Positions 29,402 through 36,947 of a stretch of DNA of 36,947 nt are shown here, one piece after another. Each line of letters begins with the position of its first letter. Position 1 is the stretch's first letter. Below the pieces are notes generated by a model. It was not told the DNA's origin, ran no database searches, and worked only from the letters and a program-made list of their open reading frames with translations. Both the position numbers and the translations under genes were made by a program. Where the stretch lies: the IMG/VR virus record IMGVR_UViG_2728369181_000010. One strand, written 5' to 3'. This DNA comes from a virus (Duplodnaviria; Heunggongvirae; Uroviricota; Caudoviricetes).

Positions 29402-31816
29402 TTAATACAGATCCCGCCACTTATCATCTTCCTGCAAGCGCTGGTTCCGATAGAAGATACGCAGGCCTGCTCCTGACGGAATACTGCCACCGCGAAGGAG
29501 TAAATCGACCTCTTTCTCGCTGCCATCAAATCCTCTGGACTTCAGTTCATAGACAAGCTGCTGTCGCTGATGGTCTGTAATTCGCTGTTTGTAGTCTTTA
29601 CGCCGTTTCGGTTTCACCAGGCGTAATCTTGCTGTCAGTTCCTGGCGCTCTTTTTTGCTCATACTGTGCAGGTAATCGTGCAATTCCTTGTCATTCATAC
29701 GGATGATATCCGTTCTGGTATCCCCATCAGCTGATTTGTCTTTCCCTTGTTGGTGCAAATTTTCAGCAAGGGGACAGTTATTGCCACGAGTCCAAGGGGC
29801 GCAAGCGCCCTGGTCGGCTACCGCCTCCTGAACGTCAACGGCCTTACGAACCATTTTCCACTTCACTGCATGAGTGCAGATCTTGCCCTCTGCAATGGGT
29901 GACCAGATGCCATAAATACGAATGCCGTGATCGCCATAGGCGGTCGGCTCTTCGTTGATTTCATAAGCGGTTCTGATAAGGTGATATTTACGGGGAACCA
30001 GTACGCCGCCCTGCTTCATGATGTAGGTGGCAAAACAACCAGCATCAGCAGCAGCCAGGATGGCATCAAGGCGCGGGTCATCCAGTATCGGCGCACCTGC
30101 TTTTTTGTCACCCTGTTGCCTTGCCGCCTGACCAGCCAGCAAGCGAAGTTCACGGTAAGCCTGACGTCCCGGAATACCAAAGAAGCGGAACTGCTGAACA
30201 CGATGCAGAGACGCCCAGGCATTAACGTATTCGGCGTTATCACGCAGGGATTTACCCGTTTCCTTGCTGATCTCGCCAGCCAGACCACGCCCGTCAATGT
30301 TCTTACTGATGTATTTCGCGATGTAGCTTGTCGGTGTTCCTTTGCGCGGGTTAATCAGCTCAGACTTAAAGCGTGGCCCCGTGTTGTTGCCCAGCTCCTC
30401 GCGGTCTACACGGATGGCAAACTTACGCAGTAATGCAGTGATGGCGCGGCGGTCTTTTTTACGCATGAAGCACATGAGATGCCAGTGCACAGTACCGTCA
30501 TGGTGCGGCTCAGCCACCCGCACGCCATACCAGCGCAACCCGGTTTTGTGCATTGCCTTACGAAATGCAGCAAACATGCCGACCATATAATCGCTGCTTT
30601 GTCTTACCGTCGCATTTGTCCAGGTCGGGTTGGGTCTGCCGTTGTTGAGCGTGGAATGGAAACGTGACGGACAGGTGATAGTGTAGAAAACGGCGCAGTC
30701 ACCGCGCATTTCCGCGATAAGCTCCAGACCTTTAACACAGGCCATCATCTCATTGCGGCGATGCGCAGGGTTGCTGCTGCTGGCGTTTACCACATCCTCC
30801 ATGTCCAGCGTGTCGCCGTCTTCGTTCACCAGTTCATGAGAACGGAAAAACTCCAGCGACTTACGGCGCTGCTCACGTTTATGCATCACGGCTTCATAGC
30901 TGACATAGGGAGATGCTTTTTTGCTGACCAGGCAGACAGCACGCAACTGCTCTTCCCGCCATTCGCAACGCATCTTCCATAATTTCCGATACCACCAGTC
31001 GGCGCACAACATACGCGCCAGCGAACCCGGAATGAGTTCATAGGGCACGGGTTTACGGCGGTTTCTTTTCCGACGGAGTTGCTCAAACGCAGGTGGGATG
31101 ACATCCAGACGCAGGGTTTCCGCCGCCACCTTTTCCCATGTCTTGCGGATTTCTTCTGGCTTAACGTCATCGGTGGCATACAAATCGCCACAAGCTGCAT
31201 CAAGGCACATGCTCATATGCGCAGCTACCAGGGTGGACAGGCGTTTCACCTGATCCTGACTCATTTCAGGCAGGATCAGCAGGCCCTCCAGCCCTTGATG
31301 GCTTGCCATAAAACGGAAAGAAGCAGACAGCTGACTGTCACGTACACAATCCAGTCGCTCCAGACATGGCTTAATCGTCTCACGCAAATAGCGGGAATAA
31401 GCCTTTGGCCTGCCCAGGCTGCTGAAGTATTCGATACGTTGCATCAGCGGCTTGCTAATATGGGTGGGCTGGGCGCTGACGTCCGCCAGAATGACCATGT
31501 CCGGGTTAAAACGCTGCTGTTCATGCGCTAGCTTTGCCCGGCTAATGAGCTTATCCTGCTCCATTTCGCGCTGGACAGGATCACGAGATTCATTAAAGAA
31601 ATAACGCTCCCAGACCTGCTCACTCAGTGCATCGCGGCGCAGCTGTTCCTGCTCATTATCGGCAGCGTACAGAGTGATCAGGTTTAAAAGTGCAGACTCC
31701 GGAGCAACTTCCGCCGGGTCCAGATAAGGGTTAATGGCCTTTTTCGGGCCGTTCCATGAAAATGCTGCAGCGGCCTCGTTAAAGCCGCTAGAGTTGCTCA
31801 TATCGTCATGACTCAT
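29402..31816 (-). CDS. A: Replication initiation protein A (rolling-circle nickase)
   Basis: 804-aa ORF, ATG at 31816; P2/186 gpA-like size and position. Confidence 0.85.
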   Translation of the reverse strand: MSHDDMSNSSGFNEAAAAFSWNGPKKAINPYLDPAEVAPESALLNLITLYAADNEQEQLRRDALSEQVWERYFFNESRDPVQREMEQDKLISRAKLAHEQQRFNPDMVILADVSAQPTHISKPLMQRIEYFSSLGRPKAYSRYLRETIKPCLERLDCVRDSQLSASFRFMASHQGLEGLLILPEMSQDQVKRLSTLVAAHMSMCLDAACGDLYATDDVKPEEIRKTWEKVAAETLRLDVIPPAFEQLRRKRNRRKPVPYELIPGSLARMLCADWWYRKLWKMRCEWREEQLRAVCLVSKKASPYVSYEAVMHKREQRRKSLEFFRSHELVNEDGDTLDMEDVVNASSSNPAHRRNEMMACVKGLELIAEMRGDCAVFYTITCPSRFHSTLNNGRPNPTWTNATVRQSSDYMVGMFAAFRKAMHKTGLRWYGVRVAEPHHDGTVHWHLMCFMRKKDRRAITALLRKFAIRVDREELGNNTGPRFKSELINPRKGTPTSYIAKYISKNIDGRGLAGEISKETGKSLRDNAEYVNAWASLHRVQQFRFFGIPGRQAYRELRLLAGQAARQQGDKKAGAPILDDPRLDAILAAADAGCFATYIMKQGGVLVPRKYHLIRTAYEINEEPTAYGDHGIRIYGIWSPIAEGKICTHAVKWKMVRKAVDVQEAVADQGACAPWTRGNNCPLAENLHQQGKDKSADGDTRTDIIRMNDKELHDYLHSMSKKERQELTARLRLVKPKRRKDYKQRITDHQRQQLVYELKSRGFDGSEKEVDLLLRGGSIPSGAGLRIFYRNQRLQEDDKWRDLY

Positions 31817-32670
31817 ACACGCACCTCGTACACAGCAGAACTATCTACGCCACACGAAGGATCAAATCCCACCCAGCAGCGCGCCCCGGAAACAGCAATG
31901 ATTTCTGTTGCAGATTTACTCTCGCCAGCCGACACGCCGATGCTGCGTTTTGCCTTGATGTAGTGGTGAGTGAAATTTCGATACAGCGAACGGATCAGGG
32001 ATGTGTCACTGTTAGAAACAATGACTGGATGACCTTCTGATGATCGATATTCAAGAACAGATGCCAGGTGATACTGGTCATCTTCAGTGAAGCCGTCAGT
32101 GTGATAGCCGGAAAACGTACCGTCATAAGGCGGATCGCAATACACCACATCCCCCACCTGCAGCATCGCCAGCGTTTCATCAAAGCTGGCGCAGATAAAC
32201 GTTGCTCGCTGGGCTTTCTCTGCAAATGCGCGAATTTCTTTTTCAGGGAAATACGGATTTTTATAATTACCGTATGGAATGTTGAAATGCCCGCTCTTGT
32301 TATAACGACATAACCCACGGTAACCATGACGATTGAGATACAGGAAATATACCGCTTTCATGAAATCAGTAATTTCAGTGGAGTAATTAAACTCCTGCCT
32401 TATGTTGTAATAAGCCACCTCCCTGTTTGCTTCCTCAAATAAAGCTCTGGCACGAGATATAAACGCCTCGCAATCAGCAGCAACCTTTTTATAGAGGTTG
32501 ATTAAATCAGGATTAATATCCGCAACAAGATAGCTGGGGTAATCCGTCTCCATCATCACAGCACAGGAACCCGCGAAAGGTTCAACCAGTCGCGGGCCAG
32601 CAGGAAGATGTTTTTTCAGTTCGGACATAATGGCAGTTTTATTACCCGCCCATTTCAGGATGGTGCTCAT
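31813..32670 (-). CDS. dam: DNA N6-adenine methyltransferase (Dam-like)
   Basis: 285 aa from ATG at 32670; DPPY catalytic motif ([10 protein letters not shown]) and N-terminal AdoMet-binding region. Confidence 0.85.
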
Positions 32671-32969
32671 ACAGCACCTCCTGCAATAACATATCCTAAA
32701 GCTTCTAATGGGGTTAATGGGCGAATTGATAGCATCACCCATTGTTCTGAAACTGCCATGACGTCATTAACCGGAAGCACATGAGAGATAACAGCGGCCC
32801 ATTCCCTACCCGTAAATACGCCATGCTTCCATTCGCAAAGAGAAAGAACATCACCAACTTTATAGCCACGATCGTCTTTACGAAGTTCAGCCGTCTTTTG
32901 ACCTGCAACCACAGCGTTGAAATACTTAGGTGCAATTTTTAATTGATGGATACGCACTGCCCTTGTCAT
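32667..32969 (-). CDS. Hypothetical protein, ASCH/DUF3850-like
   Basis: 100 aa from ATG at 32969 with GGAGGTG upstream; ORF-track TTG start at 33029 is over-extended. Confidence 0.5.
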
Positions 32970-33193
32970 ACAGCACCTCCGTTGTAATGTTTGCCTTTCA
33001 GCTCTGCGATTTCCTGGCAGGTAATGCAAAGCTGCACTCCCGGAATGGCACGGCGGCGTGCTGGCGGAATTGGCGCTTCACACTCAATGCAAAGCACGCG
33101 AGACACGCCCGGTGTTTTGGCACGGGCAGCACGGATATGGCGCTGGCGTTCTTCTTCAACGCGCTGCTGTACGAGATCCATTGCATCAGCCAT
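32966..33193 (-). CDS. TraR/DksA-family C4 zinc-finger protein
   Basis: 75-aa ORF with [26 protein letters not shown] four-Cys motif. Confidence 0.8.
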
Positions 33194-33426
33194 TAGTGGA
33201 TCTCCTGCGCTTCGTTCTGGATTGCTTCAGCAGTCACACGCAGCAGTTCTGCCGCTTCCACGTGGTTTAGCTGACGGGATGAGATATGACACGCCAGGCT
33301 ATCAAGGCGAGCTGCCATTGCTTCAGCCCTTGCCCGGCGTTCTTCCAGACGAGCCTCTGTCAGTAAAATATTAAGCCCTGCATCATCCGGTCCGGTTTTA
33401 GTCGTGAGGATTTCAATATTACGCAT
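33193..33426 (-). CDS. Hypothetical protein (early region)
   Basis: 77 aa from ATG at 33426 with AGGAG upstream; TAATG overlap with downstream gene. Confidence 0.5.
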   Translation of the reverse strand: MRNIEILTTKTGPDDAGLNILLTEARLEERRARAEAMAARLDSLACHISSRQLNHVEAAELLRVTAEAIQNEAQEIH

Positions 33427-33493
33427 AATCAATTCTCCTGAATTTAGATAAAGGGATGCCCGGCGGGTTTACGCCATTAATTTCATTAGTTGG

Positions 33494-33835
33494 TTAATTC
33501 GGCATGGTTAGCCGTCTGGGAAATAAGCTCACCACTGCACGAAAATGATTCATTGCTTTAATCAACTCCCGCTTTTCGTCAGTGGTCAGCTCATTGATGC
33601 TGATGCTATGACGTTCAGCCGGAATTTTTGCCATAAAGAATATGGCTGCCAGTGCTCGTTTATTTTGTTCGTTATTGATATCCCGTGGATCACGCATATC
33701 TTTAATAAACCGCTCAAGCTCTGACTCAATATTCAGGCCAAAAACTTTCGCCCTTAATTCCGCTATGTGATTAAGTCCATTCAGGCGTTCACCGGGGCTT
33801 AATGGAACAGTAGCCGCAGCGCCTTCAATAGCCAT
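33494..33835 (-). CDS. Hypothetical protein (early region)
   Basis: 113-aa ORF, ATG at 33835; no recognisable motif. Confidence 0.5.
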   Translation of the reverse strand: MAIEGAAATVPLSPGERLNGLNHIAELRAKVFGLNIESELERFIKDMRDPRDINNEQNKRALAAIFFMAKIPAERHSISINELTTDEKRELIKAMNHFRAVVSLFPRRLTMPN

Positions 33836-33999
33836 TTGTTCCCCCGTTTTTTCGTAGATAGTTCTGCCAGCAATTCATCTTGTGAACGGCACGGATGCCA
33901 GCGTTTACCATCCTCACCCATGATCCAGCCGTGACCGTAGTGCATTGCCGGGCTTTGTTTTACCAGCAGCGATGCAAATGATGGTTCTTTCGTCAGCAT
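33799..33999 (-). CDS. Small hypothetical protein (early region)
   Basis: 66 aa from ATG at 33999 with GAGGTG upstream. Confidence 0.45.
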   Translation of the reverse strand: MLTKEPSFASLLVKQSPAMHYGHGWIMGEDGKRWHPCRSQDELLAELSTKKRGNKWLLKALRLLFH

Positions 34000-34006
34000 A
34001 AGCACC

Positions 34007-34516
34007 TCACAGCAAACCGAATGAAGCACCGAGGCCAGTCACGGTATCAACTGCACTCGCCATCGCAGGATTAGCCTGTAAACGGGCCTGCAATGAAACA
34101 GCAGCCAGCGCCATCAGTCGTGTTACAGAGTTAATGCTGCTGATAGCATCACGACGACCGGCACTAGTTTTTACATCACCAGATACCGCACCTGCTGCAA
34201 CACGTCCAATCTCTGCAGTTGCGCTCATGACGTAATGCGGCAGTTTCTCTTTTGCAACCTCATTAATCGGTACACATGGCAGGCAGTGAATCTGTGCCAG
34301 AAAACCATCTACCAGCGTTGAATCTTCTGTCAGATCGGTAAGCAGCCAGATTTCTGGTGCGGTTAATAAATGAGGTTGAGATGGGTTCAGCTTGTTCCGC
34401 AGAATCTGCACATTCATGCCAGCACGTTCTGCCAGTTGCACCAGATTGTGGCGCAGTGCGAATGCACGACAGGCTTCATCAAAATGTGGATGTTTGGAAA
34501 CTTGGTAATCAAACAT
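34007..34516 (-). CDS. cII: CII lysogeny-establishment activator (186-type)
   Basis: 169 aa from ATG at 34516 ([19 protein letters not shown]...), matching the remembered 186 CII sequence and length. Confidence 0.85.
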   Translation of the reverse strand: MFDYQVSKHPHFDEACRAFALRHNLVQLAERAGMNVQILRNKLNPSQPHLLTAPEIWLLTDLTEDSTLVDGFLAQIHCLPCVPINEVAKEKLPHYVMSATAEIGRVAAGAVSGDVKTSAGRRDAISSINSVTRLMALAAVSLQARLQANPAMASAVDTVTGLGASFGLL

Positions 34517-34580
34517 GGTTTTCAACTCCGAACTTATCGCAAAATCGAACTCAGCGTCTTATTGCGAAAATAGACATCTA

Positions 34581-34784
34581 TTAAGCAGACAAAGCATCAA
34601 CAGTCAGAGCAGCCAGGTTAATCATTACCTTTTCACGTTTTTTGTCTTTACGAAGACGATGACGAGGTAGTCGGCCATCAGCCAACATGTCGTTAATCGT
34701 ATCAATAGAAAGGCCAGTCAGTTCGCTATAACGTTCGATTGTGACATGTGGTGTATTCAGAGTAATTGAAATGTTAGGTGTCAT
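34581..34784 (-). CDS. apl: Apl/Cox-type excisionase and repressor of the lysogenic promoter
   Basis: 67-aa HTH protein, first gene of the lytic transcript facing cI. Confidence 0.7.
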   Translation of the reverse strand: MTPNISITLNTPHVTIERYSELTGLSIDTINDMLADGRLPRHRLRKDKKREKVMINLAALTVDALSA

Positions 34785-34929
34785 AAGGCAACATTCCTTC
34801 TAGATATGGCTTGTGGCGAGCCGTTGTTTGTCGTGATTAGTAGTGAAGGCTCCAAAAGAACACTTCTGGTTCAACTTTAAGATCGCTTTTGGAATCTGTC
34901 AACGAATTTTGGATTTCTTTGGAGGACTT

Positions 34930-35499
34930 GTGGATTTCAATAGCGGCGGTAAGAAAGCCATAGAACGTTTAGTTGAAGCATATGGGTTCGGTACCCGTCA
35001 GGCTCTCTGTGATCATTTAGGTGTTTCTAAGAGCACCATGGCAACGCGCTATATGCGTGATATTTTTCCAGCAGATTGGGTAATCCAGTGCGCCCTTGAA
35101 ACGGGCACCTCGCTTAATTGGCTAACAACAGGGCATGGTTCAAAGCAAGCATCAGCAAATACAAATACTATAGAAGTAGAAAAATATTTATTGTCTGATG
35201 GAGCATTGCAGAAAGACGGTTTTTATATTTTTGATAAGGGATTTCTACCCTCTACGTTTAAAAAACCTTTTGTCATCACAGATAACAATTCTGAATTTAT
35301 TTGTGATAAAGAATTTGATGATATACGTGATGGTAAATGGGTAATAAGTATTGATGGCGAAATAACGATCCGTGACATTACTCGTTTACCCGGTGGAAGA
35401 ATCTTCGTCGAGGGTGGAAACAGAGCCTTCGAATGCAAGATAGAAGACATTGAAATAATTGGTAAAATTATAAGTTTAACAGTCAAGTATGTTAAATAG
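34930..35499 (+). CDS. cI: Immunity repressor CI (186-type)
   Basis: About 189 aa from GTG at 34930 (GGAGG upstream); N-terminal HTH-like region; position between apl and int. ORF-track start 34843 lacks an RBS. Confidence 0.7.
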   Translation: MDFNSGGKKAIERLVEAYGFGTRQALCDHLGVSKSTMATRYMRDIFPADWVIQCALETGTSLNWLTTGHGSKQASANTNTIEVEKYLLSDGALQKDGFYIFDKGFLPSTFKKPFVITDNNSEFICDKEFDDIRDGKWVISIDGEITIRDITRLPGGRIFVEGGNRAFECKIEDIEIIGKIISLTVKYVK

Positions 35500-35514
35500 T
35501 ACCGGGAGGAAACT

Positions 35515-35706
35515 ATGCTTGGTAAGGTATTTTTTGTGGTTTTGTCATGTTCTTTGTTATTAAACCCACTAACTACCTATGCTAGAAATTATCCCTGCTC
35601 AGGGAAAAAGGGAGGTGTTTCTCACTGTACCTCAGATGGCAAATTCGTTTGCAATGATGGAACTATTAGTAAATCCAAAAAAATCTGTACTAAAAACTCA
35701 CGATAA
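35515..35706 (+). CDS. Small secreted cysteine-rich protein (cargo between cI and int)
   Basis: 63-aa ORF; N-terminal signal peptide; about 40-aa Lys-rich mature peptide with 4 Cys; AT-rich. Confidence 0.5.
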   Translation: MLGKVFFVVLSCSLLLNPLTTYARNYPCSGKKGGVSHCTSDGKFVCNDGTISKSKKICTKNSR

Positions 35707-35894
35707 CTTTTGCTTTTATATCTGCGTCTAAAATAAAAATGAGCCGCAGGTTAACCGCAAAAGTTACATGCTCACATAGCAAAAAGAATAGCCAACTTCA
35801 TTATGGCTTCAGTGAGATGTATGGTCGTAGGATTTCATACATTGACACTGGTTATATATACAGTAAAAATGCTCTCTACTGGAGGGCATTTTTT

Positions 35895-36947
35895 ATGGCA
35901 GTACGAAAACTCACCACAGGGAAATGGCTTTGCGAATGTTACCCCGCCGGACGAAGTGGGCGTCGTGTGCGTAAACAATTCGCCACCAAAGGCGAAGCTC
36001 TGGCTTTTGAGCGTCACACGATGGAAGAAACCGAATCAAAGCCCTGGCTGGGCGAATCAGTGGATCGTCGAACCCTGAAAGACGTGGTTGAGCTATGGTT
36101 CAAACTACATGGTAAATCACTGACAGCTGGGCAGCATGTCTATGACAAATTGCTGCTGATGGTTGACGCTCTGGGCAATCCCCTTGCAACTGATCTAACC
36201 TCTAAAATGTTTGCCCACTATCGAGATAAACGCCTGACAGGTGAGATCTACTTCAGCGAGAAATGGAAGAAAGGAGCAAGCCCGGTCACCATCAACCTGG
36301 AGCAAAGCTATCTAAGTAGTGTTTTTAGCGAACTATCCCGCCTGGGCGAATGGTCGTATCCGAACCCACTGGAGAACATGCGAAAATTCACCATCGCAGA
36401 AAAAGAGATGGCATGGCTTACCCATGAGCAGATTGTTGAATTACTGGCTGATTGCAAACGTCAGGACCCAATTCTGGCACTGGTAGTTAAGATATGCTTA
36501 AGCACAGGCGCACGCTGGCGAGAAGCCGTAAATCTTACTCGTTCACAGGTGACCAAATACCGAATTACCTTTGTAAGAACGAAGGGGAAGAAAAACAGAA
36601 GCATCCCTATCAGTAAAGAGCTTTACGAAGAGATCATGGCGCTTAATGGGTTCAATTTCTTCACAGACTGCTATTTTCAATTTTTATCCGTGATGGAAAA
36701 AACGTCTATCGTGCTCCCTCGCGGTCAACTCACACACGTTCTGCGCCATACGTTTGCGGCGCACTTCATGATGTCGGGTGGAAACATTCTGGCCTTACAA
36801 AAAATTCTCGGACACCACGATATAAAAATGACTATGCGTTACGCACATCTGGCACCGGATCATCTGGAAACGGCGCTCCGTTTCAATCCTCTGGCAACGC
36901 TGCCAAGTGGCGACAAAGTGGCGGCAGCGGTTGGCATTACCCCGTAA
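35895..36947 (+). CDS. int: Tyrosine integrase (P2/186 family)
   Basis: 350 aa from ATG at 35895 with GGAGGG upstream; C-terminal catalytic region (R...HxxR...Y: LRHTFAAHF...MRYAHL); stop at the last base of the window. Confidence 0.9.
   Translation: MAVRKLTTGKWLCECYPAGRSGRRVRKQFATKGEALAFERHTMEETESKPWLGESVDRRTLKDVVELWFKLHGKSLTAGQHVYDKLLLMVDALGNPLATDLTSKMFAHYRDKRLTGEIYFSEKWKKGASPVTINLEQSYLSSVFSELSRLGEWSYPNPLENMRKFTIAEKEMAWLTHEQIVELLADCKRQDPILALVVKICLSTGARWREAVNLTRSQVTKYRITFVRTKGKKNRSIPISKELYEEIMALNGFNFFTDCYFQFLSVMEKTSIVLPRGQLTHVLRHTFAAHFMMSGGNILALQKILGHHDIKMTMRYAHLAPDHLETALRFNPLATLPSGDKVAAAVGITP

Noticed and set aside
34843-34929. ORF-track GTG start extending cI to 218 aa
   Set aside because: No Shine-Dalgarno upstream of 34843, whereas GTG at 34930 follows GGAGG and gives a length close to 186 CI; the extension would also run through the expected promoter region.

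Overview
The window holds a short stretch of enterobacterial chromosome (grxA, ybjM, ybjL; 1-2620) followed by an almost complete P2/186-family temperate prophage running from about 2.8 kb to the window end, where the integrase gene stops at the last base. The prophage has the canonical gene order: ogr/B, D, U, T, E(+E'), FII, FI, an invertible tail-fibre segment with a Hin/Gin-type invertase, H, I, J, W, V, S, R, lysis genes, X, L, M, N, O, P, Q, then the replication and lysogeny genes A, cII, apl, cI and int. The regulatory genes are 186-type (CII, Apl, CI, and a LexA-box-controlled Tum/DinI-like module), which predicts SOS inducibility. Three low-GC cargo insertions interrupt the backbone and are the main candidates for new biology: (1) an OLD-family ABC-ATPase/TOPRIM nuclease gene and a separately transcribed lipoprotein gene flanking a cos-like sequence between Q and the tum/A region; (2) a 268-aa three-TM membrane protein in the V-S moron slot; (3) a small secreted cysteine-rich protein between cI and int. 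Five N-runs are assembly gaps. All assignments rest on reading the translations, motifs and synteny from memory; no database search was run.
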